A stretch of 64,000 nucleotides of DNA from an uncultured delta proteobacterium (GTDB taxonomy: Bacteria > Myxococcota > Myxococcia > Myxococcales > Myxococcaceae): assembly GCA_963713045.1 (NCBI GenBank), contig CAVQKE010000003.1:864001-928000 (forward strand), read 5' to 3'. Below the pieces are notes generated by a model, which did no database searches, was not told the origin of the DNA, and saw only the letters and a list, made by a program, of their open reading frames with translations. Both the position numbers and the translations under genes were made by a program. This document shows, piece after piece, positions 20,241 through 30,605 of this stretch. Positions within the stretch are counted from its first letter, which is position 1, and the number at the start of each line of letters is the position of its first letter.

Positions 20241-21158
20241 TCAAGCCTCGAGGTCGTCGAGGTAGCGGTCGATTTCGGCGAGGTCGACCCGTTCCTCGGA
20301 GGGAGCCTTCGGCGGAGGAGCAATGTTTGCCGGTTCCGCCGAAGAGAATCCGATGGAAAGAGAACGCGCAATCTCGCCAATGCGCGCCGCGTCGACCACC
20401 GTCTCGCGGGCCAGATAGGCCTCGAAGAGCGCGTTGTCGCAGAGGGTGTTGATGACGCGCGGGCTGCCGCCGCTCAGCTGGTGCAGTGCTGCCATGGCCT
20501 CCGCCGTGAAGGGGAGTCGGGTTCCACCGGCGGTCTGGATGCGGTGCCGGACATAGGCTTCCGTGGACGCGAGTGTGAACGGCTCGAGGCGATAGCGCAT
20601 GGAAACGCGCTGAGCGAGGGGCGGGTCCAGTCTCAGGTTTTGCTCGACATCTGGGAGTCCAAAGAAGACGAAGCTGATGAGCTTCCGCTCCGGCACCTCG
20701 AGGTTGAGCAGTCCTCGAAACTCCTCCATCAACTCCTTGGAGGCGAGCATCTGCGCCTCGTCGATGAGAACCACCGCCTTGCGACCCTGTTCATGAATAT
20801 GCATCAGACGCTGATAGAGCTGTCCCAGCAACGCGAGCTTCTCGTTGGCTGGGTTTTCCACCCCCAGCTGTAAGGCAATCCGCTTGAGGAGCCAGCCCGC
20901 CGTGACGCCGGAGTGAATAATAACGAAAAGCGCCGCTTCATATTCCTCCTCCGGCAGAGCATCGAGCAGCCGACGGGCCAAGGTCGTCTTCCCTGCGCCG
21001 ATGTCCCCCACCAGGACGCACAAGCCCTTCATGTTCGACACCGCGTGCCGCAAACGCACCAGCGCCTGCGCGTGCTGCGGGGACTCGAAGTAGAAGCGCG
21101 TCACCGGCGCATTGGAGAAGGGCTCCTCGGAGAGGCCGAAATGGTCCAGGTAGCTCAT
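20241..21158 (-). CDS. ExeA/GspA-family AAA ATPase
   Basis: MSYLDHFGLSEEPFS N-terminus, Walker A GDIGAGKTT, Walker B VLIDEAQ, GGSPRVINTLCDNAL. Confidence 0.9.
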   Translation of the reverse strand: MSYLDHFGLSEEPFSNAPVTRFYFESPQHAQALVRLRHAVSNMKGLCVLVGDIGAGKTTLARRLLDALPEEEYEAALFVIIHSGVTAGWLLKRIALQLGVENPANEKLALLGQLYQRLMHIHEQGRKAVVLIDEAQMLASKELMEEFRGLLNLEVPERKLISFVFFGLPDVEQNLRLDPPLAQRVSMRYRLEPFTLASTEAYVRHRIQTAGGTRLPFTAEAMAALHQLSGGSPRVINTLCDNALFEAYLARETVVDAARIGEIARSLSIGFSSAEPANIAPPPKAPSEERVDLAEIDRYLDDLEA

Positions 21159-21173
21159 GAGGCGTCGGGGTTA

Positions 21174-23864
21174 CTACAGGTAGCCCACCTTGCGTGCCCT
21201 TGAACCGGCGGAGGGGCCCTCCGGGCCAGGCTCTCCGCGCACCCGCTCGCCGCGTGACTGCGCCGCCCCATCATCCTCCGGCTGGGCAACCAGCGACAGC
21301 CGTGCCACCAACTTCTCCACGTCGCGGTGCTGGGGGTCCAGTTCCGCAACTCGCTGGTACTGGTAGAGAGCACGCCCAGGCGCTCCTGCCGCCTCATAGG
21401 CCGCACCCAAGTCGTAGCGCAGCGCCACTAGAGTCGGTCCCGAGGCGTGCTCTGTGGCCAGGGCCCGGAGGTAGGCCTCCACCGCCTTTTGACGGTCGCC
21501 CTTCATGCCTTCCAAGAGGGCAATCATGGTCAAACAGTCGAGCTCTTTTCGCTTACCGACGCAGCCCTTGCGCGCCACTTCGAACATCTCGATGGCATCA
21601 TCGACGAGGCCCATCTCCTTGTAGGCAATGCCGAGGTCGTAGTGCGTGTCCACGTCGGAGGGCTTGACCACCTTTTCCAGGCCCTTCTTGAACTCGGAGA
21701 AGACCTCGTCCACCGAGTATTGAAAGTCCCCGTCAGAGACTTCGGGGATTGGCTCTTCGCCAGGCAGCGTGGCGAACTCCTCGGCCAGTTCCTCGGCCAA
21801 GTTGTAGGAGCCGGTGCGGATGGGGATGGGCTCAATCCCCGGTGGACGCTCGCCCGCTGAGGCAGGCGGGGGTTGAGGAGGCGCTCGGCCTTCCCGTTCC
21901 AGCGCCTCGACTTGCTGCATCAGCGCCGCCGTGCGCGGGAGCCCGGGACGGACCACCTCCACCGTCTCGAGAATTTCACGTGCCTCGTCCAGAAGCCCCT
22001 GCTCGAGAAAGAAGGTGGCTTCGTCCAGCTCCTCAGACACCGGCCCGCTCTCGATGGGCGTGTGGAGCGCTACCTCCTCCTCAACGACCTGCTCCCCCTC
22101 CTCCGCGAGTTCCTCCGGCGGCGGTGCTTCGAGTTCCTCGGTCAGCGGCTCAGGCGCCTCTTCCGGCGGAAGTTCGACTGGCGACTCGACGCCAGCCTCA
22201 TAGGTGCCGAGCGGCTCCACCGGCGCTTCCTCGTCGTCCGCCACTCCCTCGGCATCCGGCTCAAGAAACGGTACCGCTTCGTTGAATTCTTCGGTGAGGC
22301 GTTGGCGGTGCCGTTCCGGGGGCGGTTGCGCCTCGCGCGCATGAACCGGAGCCGGCGTCAGTGGCTCGTCGTCCGCGTCAGAGACGGGACCCTCCTCGTC
22401 CTCATCCGACATCAGCACCGCATCGTCCGAAACCAGTTCGTCGGAGGCGCCGCTCGCTGCTGAGGCAAGACCAAGGTCGGCGTCGGACTGCGGCTCGAGG
22501 CGTTCCTCGGCATCGAGCGGTGCATCCTCAGACGACACCGCGGCCAACCCCTCGTCGCCGCCGATGGTTCCGTCCGGTCGCAGAACAGCGAGGAAGGCCG
22601 GCATCTCGGGATGGTCCGGGGCCTCTGCCAGCAGAGTGTCCAAGTAGGGTTGGGCACGGTCCGCCTCCAGGCGGCGGGTGAAGAGCCGCAACACGTTGAG
22701 CAGCTGCTCACTTGCCTGGGCCGTCTGATTTGCGCTGCGGTAGATGTGGTACGCCTTCTCGTGCGCGGCGAGGTTCTCCGGGTCGACGGAGAAGATGCGC
22801 CTCAAGTGCTCCAGCGCCTTCTCGTGAAGGCCGTACTTGACGTAGACGTCCGTCTCCGTGAGGAGCTTCTGCACCTGCTCCGGACGCAAGGGCGGAGCCG
22901 CCGGTGGAGGAGCAGGCGGCGGAGGCGGGGCGGCGGCCGACGGTATTGGCCCGGCGTGCGAGATTGGGCCCCGGGCAGCCTCCGCCCTCCATGCCAGCAA
23001 GTCCGCGTCCTGTGGGTCGAGCTGTTCCACCCGTACCCACGCAGCACGAGCCTCAGCGATGCGGTTTCGCTCGGCGTGGAGCTTGGCCATCTCCTTGAAG
23101 ACACTGAGCGTCTTGCTGGAGTGCCCCAGCGCCGTGAAGGCCTCGGCCAGCAGTTTCAGCGTCTCCAAATCGCGCGGGTCGACCTTGAAGCACAGCTGAA
23201 GCTTGGCCAGCGCCCGCTTCGCATCCCCACGGCTGAGGTAGTCGCGGGCCAAGTCTCGCGCCAGCGGGACGTTGTCCGGCTCGAGGGCGGCGATGCGCTC
23301 CAGCACCCGGAGCCTTTCGTCGGCGCGGCCATTCTTCTGGAAGTAGTCCGCCGCACGGCGAAACTCGAGCAGCGCTTCACCGCCCATCCCCTCGCGCGCG
23401 TAGAGTTCGGCAAGTTTCAGGCGACTGGCCACGTTCTCCGGGTCCAGGTCGACCATCTTCTTCAGGGTGTCGAAGGTGGCGCGGGTATCTCCTCGCTTCT
23501 CGTGGTGGGCGACCACCGTCTGGAAGAAGGCCATCGCCTCGGTCAGCAACCCAAGCTGTTGGTGCAAGTCGGCCAGCTTGACATTGACTTCCACCAGCTC
23601 AGGGTTGAGCCGGAGCACCTGCTTGTAGAGGGCGACCGCCTTGAGGAAGAAGCCGTCGCCCGAGTAGCACTCGGCCACCCGGGTGAAAAACGCTGCCGCT
23701 TGGACGTTGTCGTTCTTCTTTTGGAAGAGTTCGCCCATCTTCTGCAGCACCCGCACGTCGCGCGGGTCCGCATCGAGTACCCTCTGGTACTCCTTGATGG
23801 CCTTGTCGTAAGCGCCCTTGGCTACGAGCTTGGTGGCGCCTTCGATGATCTTGTTCTTGTCCAT
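21174..23864 (-). CDS. sgmX: TPR protein SgmX (MglA effector for T4P motility)
   Basis: MDKNKIIE start, N-terminal TPR array, acidic Pro-rich linker, C-terminal TPRs (DTHYDLGIAYKEMGL), KVGYL end; position between accC and the ExeA ATPase as in M. xanthus. Confidence 0.88.
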   Translation of the reverse strand: MDKNKIIEGATKLVAKGAYDKAIKEYQRVLDADPRDVRVLQKMGELFQKKNDNVQAAAFFTRVAECYSGDGFFLKAVALYKQVLRLNPELVEVNVKLADLHQQLGLLTEAMAFFQTVVAHHEKRGDTRATFDTLKKMVDLDPENVASRLKLAELYAREGMGGEALLEFRRAADYFQKNGRADERLRVLERIAALEPDNVPLARDLARDYLSRGDAKRALAKLQLCFKVDPRDLETLKLLAEAFTALGHSSKTLSVFKEMAKLHAERNRIAEARAAWVRVEQLDPQDADLLAWRAEAARGPISHAGPIPSAAAPPPPPAPPPAAPPLRPEQVQKLLTETDVYVKYGLHEKALEHLRRIFSVDPENLAAHEKAYHIYRSANQTAQASEQLLNVLRLFTRRLEADRAQPYLDTLLAEAPDHPEMPAFLAVLRPDGTIGGDEGLAAVSSEDAPLDAEERLEPQSDADLGLASAASGASDELVSDDAVLMSDEDEEGPVSDADDEPLTPAPVHAREAQPPPERHRQRLTEEFNEAVPFLEPDAEGVADDEEAPVEPLGTYEAGVESPVELPPEEAPEPLTEELEAPPPEELAEEGEQVVEEEVALHTPIESGPVSEELDEATFFLEQGLLDEAREILETVEVVRPGLPRTAALMQQVEALEREGRAPPQPPPASAGERPPGIEPIPIRTGSYNLAEELAEEFATLPGEEPIPEVSDGDFQYSVDEVFSEFKKGLEKVVKPSDVDTHYDLGIAYKEMGLVDDAIEMFEVARKGCVGKRKELDCLTMIALLEGMKGDRQKAVEAYLRALATEHASGPTLVALRYDLGAAYEAAGAPGRALYQYQRVAELDPQHRDVEKLVARLSLVAQPEDDGAAQSRGERVRGEPGPEGPSAGSRARKVGYL

Positions 23865-23980
23865 CGGGCGCGGGACACGGTGGGCCGACTGGCGGGACGA
23901 CCGGCAGCCGGCTCCAGGGAAGCCCCGGCCGGGGGCCCCTCGTCCCACCCCGGGGACGCTGGCATACCCTGAGCGGTGAA

Positions 23981-24010
23981 ACGGTAGCGGAACGCCTCCG
24001 GCCGGGTCAA
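23981..24010 (-). promoter_or_regulatory. Putative sigma70/SigA promoter for the sgmX operon
   Basis: Minus-strand TTGACC-N18-TACCGT. Confidence 0.5.
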
Positions 24011-24077
24011 GGTTGCACCCCAGGCTTTTCCAGAGACTCCGGGGGGTTAGCCCACGTTGGGGCACCCGCTTTCGCCC

Positions 24078-25466
24078 CTACGGCGTCTCCTCAATGGCCC
24101 GCCGCAGCCGACGGGTGCCGCTCTCGCTCGCGAGCAGGCGCTCAACGAAGCGAGTGTCGTACGCGCCGGAGACAAAGGCCTCATCGGCCAACGCCGCCCG
24201 GTGGAAAGGGATGTTGGTGCGGATACCCTCCACCACGTATTCGCCGAGAGCTCGCTGCATCCGGGCAATGGCGGTGGCTCGCTCATCGGCGTACACCACC
24301 ACCTTGGCCAGTAGCGAGTCGTAGTACGGCAACACCGAATAATTCTCGTAGGCCGCCGAATCCACCCGCACACCGTAGCCACCCGGGACCGAATACCCGG
24401 TAATTCTCCCGGGCCAAGGGGCAAACGTCACCGGGTCCTCAGCATTCACCCGGCACTCAATCGAGGCCCCCCGCCAGACGACTTCGGACTGACGCAACGT
24501 CAGCGGCTCGCCGACGGCCAGTTTTATCTGCAGCGACACCAAGTCCAGTGCGGTCACCATCTCCGTGACCGGGTGTTCGACTTGGATTCGGGTATTCATC
24601 TCCATGAAGTAAAAGTCGCCGCGCTCATCGAGCAGGTATTCGATGGTGCCGACATTGTTGTAGCGGATGCGTTCCATGGCCTGGACGCTGACCTCACCCA
24701 TGGTTTGGCGCAGCGCCGGGGTAACGGCGGAAGACGGGCTTTCCTCGATGAGTTTCTGGTGCCGCCGCTGTACCGAGCACTCCCGCTCTCCGAGGTGGAT
24801 GACGTGACCATGCTCATCAGCGACGATTTGAATCTCGATGTGGCGCGGCTTCTCTACATACCGCTCGAGGTACATGTCGCCGTTGCCGAAGGCGTTGGCC
24901 GCCTCGGCGGAAGCGGTGGCAAAGGCCGCGGCCACCACGGATTTCTCACGGACAATTTTCATCCCGCGGCCACCGCCACCCGCGGCCGCTTTGAGGATGA
25001 CCGGGAAGCCGATGGACTCGGCCAATGCCCGCGCCTCGGCGGGGCTCTTCAGCACCCCCTCGCTTCCGGGGAGAAGCGGGATTCCGGCCTTCTTGGCCGC
25101 GACGCGTGCGCTCACCTTGTTCCCCATCAGTCGCAGCATCTCCGGACGCGGCCCGATGAAGCGGATTTTGCAGTTCTCACAAACCTCGGCGAAGTCGGCA
25201 TTTTCCGAGAGGAAGCCGTAGCCGGGATGGATGGCGTCGGCGCGGGTAATTTCCGCGGCCGAAAGAATGGCCGGGATGTTGAGGTAGCTCTCCTTGGAGG
25301 GAGGCGGGCCAATGCAAACCGCTTCGTCTGCGAAACGCACGTGGAGTGCATTGGCGTCGGCGGTGGAGTGCACCGCCACGGTGCGAACGCCGAGTTCTCG
25401 CGCGGCGCGGATAATGCGCAACGCAATTTCGCCCCGATTGGCGATGAGAATTTTCTTGAACATCAC
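24078..25466 (-). CDS. accC: Acetyl-CoA carboxylase biotin carboxylase
   Basis: [42 protein letters not shown]. Confidence 0.97.
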   Translation of the reverse strand: MMFKKILIANRGEIALRIIRAARELGVRTVAVHSTADANALHVRFADEAVCIGPPPSKESYLNIPAILSAAEITRADAIHPGYGFLSENADFAEVCENCKIRFIGPRPEMLRLMGNKVSARVAAKKAGIPLLPGSEGVLKSPAEARALAESIGFPVILKAAAGGGGRGMKIVREKSVVAAAFATASAEAANAFGNGDMYLERYVEKPRHIEIQIVADEHGHVIHLGERECSVQRRHQKLIEESPSSAVTPALRQTMGEVSVQAMERIRYNNVGTIEYLLDERGDFYFMEMNTRIQVEHPVTEMVTALDLVSLQIKLAVGEPLTLRQSEVVWRGASIECRVNAEDPVTFAPWPGRITGYSVPGGYGVRVDSAAYENYSVLPYYDSLLAKVVVYADERATAIARMQRALGEYVVEGIRTNIPFHRAALADEAFVSGAYDTRFVERLLASESGTRRLRRAIEETP

Positions 25467-26018
25467 CTAAAGCGGCTCGATGCGGAATAAGGCCTGTCCG
25501 AATTCCACCGGCTGTCCATTCTCGGCAAGAATTTCGGTCACCTTCCCGGCAACCTCCGACTCAATCTCATTCATCAGCTTCATCGCCTCGATGATGCAGA
25601 TGGCCTGGCCCTTCTTCACCACCGTACCCATTTCAACGAAGACCGGCTGGTCCGGCCCAGCGGCTCGATAGAAGGTGCCCACGAAGGGCGAGGTGACCAG
25701 GACGCCGGGTTGCGCGGCCGCCGGCGCCGTCGGCGGCAGCTCCGGCGCGGTCATTCGCGGACCGCCACCACTCGCCGGGTGCGACGCGGCCGGAGAGGGT
25801 GGATGCGCGGCGGGGGAGGCCGAAGCCACCGCCCCGGGAAGGGTCACGCCGCTCTTCTGAATGACCAGACGCTCGGAGCCACGGCGCCAAGAGATGCGCG
25901 ACACGCTCGAACGCTCGAGCAATTCCGCCAGTTGCTGGATGGTGTCCAGGCTGAAGGGACTGGACGCCTTGGGGTGCGCGGTCTCGGTGTCGTCTTCGAA
26001 CTTCTTCTTTCCCGCCAT
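25467..26018 (-). CDS. accB: Biotin carboxyl carrier protein
   Basis: SPFVGTFY and the EAMKLMN biotinylation motif. Confidence 0.96.
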   Translation of the reverse strand: MAGKKKFEDDTETAHPKASSPFSLDTIQQLAELLERSSVSRISWRRGSERLVIQKSGVTLPGAVASASPAAHPPSPAASHPASGGGPRMTAPELPPTAPAAAQPGVLVTSPFVGTFYRAAGPDQPVFVEMGTVVKKGQAICIIEAMKLMNEIESEVAGKVTEILAENGQPVEFGQALFRIEPL

Positions 26019-26048
26019 CGCTGAATGCCCCCTCTCGGAGCCGTGGGG

Positions 26049-26627
26049 CTACTGCGCGGTGGAAACGCGCGTCAGGTACTTCCCGTCGCGGGTGTCAATC
26101 TTGAGGACATCGCCCTCGTTGATGAACAGGGGCACGTTGACCACATAGCCCGTCTCGAGCTGGGCGGGCTTGCTGGCGCCGGACACCGTGTCACCTCGGA
26201 CGCCGGGGTCGCATTTGGTGACCTTCAAGTCCACGGAGTTGGGAAGGGAAACCCCCAATGCCTTGCCGTTGTAGAAGAGCACGGAGGCCTCAAGGTTCTC
26301 CTTGAGGAAATTCTTGGACTCTCCGAGCACCGCCTCGCCGAGGAAGGTCTGCTCGTAGTTCCGCGTGTCCATGAAGTAGTAGTCATCACCCTGACGGTAG
26401 AGGAACTGCATGGTGCGTTCCTCAATGTCTGGCTTGCCGACCTTGTCCCCGCTCTTAAACGTCGGCTGGAGCACTCGACCGCTGAGCAAACTCTTGATGC
26501 TGGTGCGGACGAAAGCCGAGCCTTTGCCGGGCTTGACGTGCTGAAACTCGACGATTTCGAAGGGTTCCCCGTCAACCTCAATCTTGAGGCCCTTGCGGAA
26601 CTCGGATGTGTCAATCACTCCGGCCAT
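26049..26627 (-). CDS. efp: Elongation factor P
   Basis: HVKPGKGSAFVR and PGVRGDT; start MAGVIDTSEF. Confidence 0.97.
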   Translation of the reverse strand: MAGVIDTSEFRKGLKIEVDGEPFEIVEFQHVKPGKGSAFVRTSIKSLLSGRVLQPTFKSGDKVGKPDIEERTMQFLYRQGDDYYFMDTRNYEQTFLGEAVLGESKNFLKENLEASVLFYNGKALGVSLPNSVDLKVTKCDPGVRGDTVSGASKPAQLETGYVVNVPLFINEGDVLKIDTRDGKYLTRVSTAQ

Positions 26628-26673
26628 CGCGGCTGGGGTGTCTATCCTGGCCAGAGCGCCTTGGGAAGGGTGT

Positions 26674-27036
26674 TTAGAGCTCGGCGCGAATCTTCGGTGC
26701 TGCAATGCGCAGCGCGTAGCGCCCTTTTCCGTAGTTTCCTTCCGGACGGAGCGCAAGGACGACAAAGTAGTCCGGTGAGACCAACCGCATGACGGTAATC
26801 AGCTTCTCGGTGTTGACGCTCACCTCGGCCACCCCACCCGTCTTCAAGAGCGGCGCAGCATTTTTCAACTGCGCCAGGACCGCAGCGTATTCCACCCACG
26901 CCGTGCCAAGCTCGAGGTCGGCGGCTGCCTGGTCCTGAAAGGTCTCCACGGGGATGCCGTCAAACCCCATCACGCTGCAGGCCAGCGCGCCCTCGACTTG
27001 CGACACCACTCCCTGGAGGTGGGCGAGGAAGGACAC
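26674..27036 (-). CDS. mglC: Roadblock/LC7 polarity protein MglC
   Basis: 120 aa roadblock protein with F25-D26-G-I28 and GNYGKGRY; closely resembles M. xanthus MglC and sits in the same position downstream of pilQ. Confidence 0.9.
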   Translation of the reverse strand: MSFLAHLQGVVSQVEGALACSVMGFDGIPVETFQDQAAADLELGTAWVEYAAVLAQLKNAAPLLKTGGVAEVSVNTEKLITVMRLVSPDYFVVLALRPEGNYGKGRYALRIAAPKIRAEL

Positions 27037-27042
27037 GGGGCG

Positions 27043-27822
27043 TCACGTAATGGGGGGGCAATTCACGGGGCCCCCATCGGCTCCCACGCCGGTGCAGATG
27101 CAGTACTGAATGTCCCGACCCGGAACGTTGCAACTGGTCATCTCAGAGACACTCCCCACCGGACAACCGAGGCTATCCCTCGGAGAAGGAGGAATGCCGT
27201 AGAAGAGATACACCGGGTAGGTAACGGAGTTGGTCGCCGCTGCCCCACCGCCCACCAGCGTTCCTGCCAAATCGAACGTCACCAGCAGAGTGTAGGAGAT
27301 GGGCGCTTGGGCTTGAATGGCCGCCTGCTGAACGGTTGAATACAGAGTCTGGGCCGCTTCGGGAGTCATCAAGTAAACGCCCACGGAGTTGGTGGAGAAT
27401 GTTGCGCCGGGGGTAATTGCGGCCGAGATGTTGATGGTACCAGGCGGCGGAGCCGTTGCCGTGGGACACGTTTGAAGCCCGCACTTAGTTGACGGGCCCA
27501 CGACTTGGTACGAAAGGTCGATGCGGCTAGCGATGAAGGTGTTGGGCGTCTCCGCGGTGATGTTGGAGTTCCCGTAGGTGACGGAGATGTTCTCCAGGTC
27601 GTTTTGCCAACTGTACACCTGATAGTAGCTGCTGTTGGTCCCATACACCGACATGTCGACGGCGCCATTCTCGACGTACATGGTGGGGTCGGTGAAGTTG
27701 CACGACGTCCCTGGCGCGCGCGCTTCGGCGACGATGATGGATTGGTTGGCTGGCGCGGTGCAGCTCTCCAACAACAGAGGCACGGCAAGCAGGATGAAAA
27801 CCAGCAAATCTCGGGACTTCAT
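27043..27822 (-). CDS. Cys-rich lipoprotein of unknown function downstream of pilQ
   Basis: Lipobox LLESC; several Cys clustered at the C-terminus; alternative start at 27840 overlaps the pilQ stop. Confidence 0.75.
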   Translation of the reverse strand: MKSRDLLVFILLAVPLLLESCTAPANQSIIVAEARAPGTSCNFTDPTMYVENGAVDMSVYGTNSSYYQVYSWQNDLENISVTYGNSNITAETPNTFIASRIDLSYQVVGPSTKCGLQTCPTATAPPPGTINISAAITPGATFSTNSVGVYLMTPEAAQTLYSTVQQAAIQAQAPISYTLLVTFDLAGTLVGGGAAATNSVTYPVYLFYGIPPSPRDSLGCPVGSVSEMTSCNVPGRDIQYCICTGVGADGGPVNCPPIT

Positions 27823-27836
27823 CGTCATTCCTCGGC

Positions 27837-30557
27837 TCATGGGGATGCCGCCGCAACGGGCTTGGTGTTCAATCCCAGGATTCGCGGCGTGATGAAAATC
27901 AGCAGCTCCTGGCGGGTCTCAGTGTTGTTGGTGTGTTTGAAGAAGAAACCCAAGAAAGGAATGCTCCCCAGGAAGGGGACACTGTCCTCCTCGCTTGAGG
28001 TGGTCCGCACGTAAATGCCGCCGATGACGGTGGTGTCGCCATCCTTGACCAGCACCTGGGTGATGGCTTCCTTCTTGTCGATGGCAGGCTGGCCGTTGGC
28101 GCCGGTCAGTGACGGGTCCGGTTGGTTGTTGGTGGCGTGAACCAACATCAAGACGCTCCCGTCAGACGTTATGTGGGGCGTGACCTCCAAAGAGAGTTGT
28201 GCGTCGACGAAGACGGTGTTCACACCTTGTGCAGACACTTGGCTGAACGGAATGGAGAGGCCCTGCGTGATTTTGGCCGTCGCGTTGTGCACCGTCGTGA
28301 CTTTCGGAGAGCTGATGGTGCGGATGACGCCTTTGGTCTCCAGCGCCGACAGGCGAAGGTTCAGCTGAAAGGCACCATTCACCGAGCCAAAGGTCATGCC
28401 GATGGCACCACCGGACCCGGCGCCGACGGCGGCGGGCAAGTTCACGGCGAAATTTGGCGTTGAGGAAACACCTTGGGTGGGCGCCGTCCCGGCCGCCACG
28501 CCGCCTGAAATCGCGTAATTGTTGGGGAACACCAACCCAGTGGAGTTGTTCGTGCCCGCGGCCTGCTGGATTTGGCCACCCCACTGGACGCCAATCTCGC
28601 GGACGAAGTTGGTGTTCGCTTCGACGATGCGTGACTCGATGAGAACTTGCGGAGTCACCGTGTCGAGGTGCTCCACCAGTCCCCGTGCTCGGGAAATGTT
28701 GGAGGTGATGTCTTTCACAACAATGGAGTTGGTTCGGACGTCGACGATGGCCGTCCCACGCTCCGAGAGAACATCCTTCACCTTATTGAGAAGGTCAGTG
28801 GCGACCGCGTAGTTGACGGGGAGGATTTGCACCACCAACTCCTCCTGGCGCCGCTGGGACTTCTTGCGCTCCTCCCGACTCCGCGATTCCTCCTCCAGTG
28901 TCTTCAAGGGGGCCACTCGGATGACGTTGCCGATGATTTCCTTTCCCAGCCCCTTGCTGGCCAGGATGATGTCCAGCGCTTCGTCCCAGGGGACGTTGCG
29001 CAAGCGGATGGTGACAGTTCCCTTCACGTCATCGGCGACAACAATATTCAGCTTGCTGACCTCCGAGATGATGCGGAGCAAGTTGTGAATGTCGATGTCC
29101 TTGAATTCGAAGGAAACTCGCTTCCCGGTGTACTGGGCCCGTCCCGGGGCGCCCTGCGCCGCATAGGAATTCGCCTCGGTGGTAAAGCCCGCGGTGCGGT
29201 CCATCACCGCGACTTCTTCCACCTCGGCACCCTTCGCGGTGAGGTGCCACGAGAGCCCTTTGGGCGTGCGTTCCAGCTTTTCCGTCAAGGGCTGGTCGCC
29301 GGCCACGACCACCCGCACTTGGTTGGCGTCGCCAGGCACGGCGAAGGTGCTAATCATCTTCACCGGTGTACTGAGCGCACTGGTGTCCAGACTTCGCTCC
29401 AGGCGGCGGGGAAGCCTGGCTCCGGTCAGCGTGAGCACCGCACCGTTGGGCTCCGGGCGGTCAATCGTCCATGAAACCTCTCCGGTGAGTTTAATGTCCA
29501 CGACGCCGCCGCTCGGCGCCTCAGCGAAGGATAGGTCCTGCACCTCACCGGTCGGGGTCGAGGAGTGGGGGGCTGCTGGGGCAACCGCAGGGGGTTGCGC
29601 CACCGCCACCTGCTTGCCGTCGATTTCGATTTCGCCGTCGTGCAACTCGTGGGTGGAGGCCTGGGCCGCCGGGGAGGCCGCCGGCGCGCCACCCAAGGTC
29701 CAGACCAAACCCTTGGCGGTCCAGGTGACGGCGTGCCTCGGCATGGCACCATCCACATCCAGAACCAGTCGGACCTTGTCCGAATGGGCGCCAGCCCGCA
29801 GCGAGGCGAACGGCGATGGACGCGGGCTGGGTAGCTTGCCGGTCAAGGTCACCCCGTAGATGTCCAGCGCCAAGCGGGGTGGCGCTGCGAGCTCGAGCAC
29901 CTCGAAGCGGCTCAACGGTCCGTCGGCGACAACCTCCAGCCGGTTGAGCGCGAGGTGAATCTGAGTGAGGTGACGAGCCGGGTGCTTGACGTCACGCTGC
30001 GCATGCTCGGCAAGCACCGGCTCTGCGGAGGTCGCTGACGGGGCCGGCGAGGAAACCGCAGGGGTAGACAGAGCGGACGCGGCCCCCGCGGCAGCGCCTG
30101 GGGCGGCCGGCACAGCGGTCGAGACGGCCGCCGGGGACGGTGCAGCTGCATCGCCGGCTTGGACCAGAATGAGGACTTGGTTCCCGTCGGCGTGCACGTC
30201 GTAGGAACCGGCTTGCTTCAAGCTCACCAACAGCCTCGCGACATTCCCGTGCTCGTCGGAGAACTGGGAGATGACGACGCCGTTGATTGGACCGACGCCG
30301 TCGCGGACGCCCTTCACTGCTGTGGCGTCGGCGGAGGTGACGTCCACCACCAACCGGTCTGGGCCAGGCAAGCGGAAGACCGTAAAGATGGGGGCTCGGC
30401 TCCCTGTCACCATCACCTGCGCACCGGTGGGCGTGGTCGAGACCTTCACCTCCGTTAGCGCGTTGAGCTCTGTGGCGAAAGCGCCGTGGGCGAGCAACCA
30501 CCAGCCGGCGCCCGCCAGCACTTTTAGCCCTTTCGACATGACGCGCGTGTTGCGCAT
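27837..30557 (-). CDS. pilQ: T4aP secretin PilQ with N-terminal AMIN domains
   Basis: AMIN repeats (PDRLVVD, PPRLALD), VPWDEALD, QVLIESRIVE, VPFLGSIPFLGFFF, ELLIFITPRI. Confidence 0.96.
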   Translation of the reverse strand: MRNTRVMSKGLKVLAGAGWWLLAHGAFATELNALTEVKVSTTPTGAQVMVTGSRAPIFTVFRLPGPDRLVVDVTSADATAVKGVRDGVGPINGVVISQFSDEHGNVARLLVSLKQAGSYDVHADGNQVLILVQAGDAAAPSPAAVSTAVPAAPGAAAGAASALSTPAVSSPAPSATSAEPVLAEHAQRDVKHPARHLTQIHLALNRLEVVADGPLSRFEVLELAAPPRLALDIYGVTLTGKLPSPRPSPFASLRAGAHSDKVRLVLDVDGAMPRHAVTWTAKGLVWTLGGAPAASPAAQASTHELHDGEIEIDGKQVAVAQPPAVAPAAPHSSTPTGEVQDLSFAEAPSGGVVDIKLTGEVSWTIDRPEPNGAVLTLTGARLPRRLERSLDTSALSTPVKMISTFAVPGDANQVRVVVAGDQPLTEKLERTPKGLSWHLTAKGAEVEEVAVMDRTAGFTTEANSYAAQGAPGRAQYTGKRVSFEFKDIDIHNLLRIISEVSKLNIVVADDVKGTVTIRLRNVPWDEALDIILASKGLGKEIIGNVIRVAPLKTLEEESRSREERKKSQRRQEELVVQILPVNYAVATDLLNKVKDVLSERGTAIVDVRTNSIVVKDITSNISRARGLVEHLDTVTPQVLIESRIVEANTNFVREIGVQWGGQIQQAAGTNNSTGLVFPNNYAISGGVAAGTAPTQGVSSTPNFAVNLPAAVGAGSGGAIGMTFGSVNGAFQLNLRLSALETKGVIRTISSPKVTTVHNATAKITQGLSIPFSQVSAQGVNTVFVDAQLSLEVTPHITSDGSVLMLVHATNNQPDPSLTGANGQPAIDKKEAITQVLVKDGDTTVIGGIYVRTTSSEEDSVPFLGSIPFLGFFFKHTNNTETRQELLIFITPRILGLNTKPVAAASP

Positions 30558-30605
30558 GATTTTCCTCGACGTGCTGCTTCAGGTGGGCCGTCGCCAGACG
30601 GCCCG

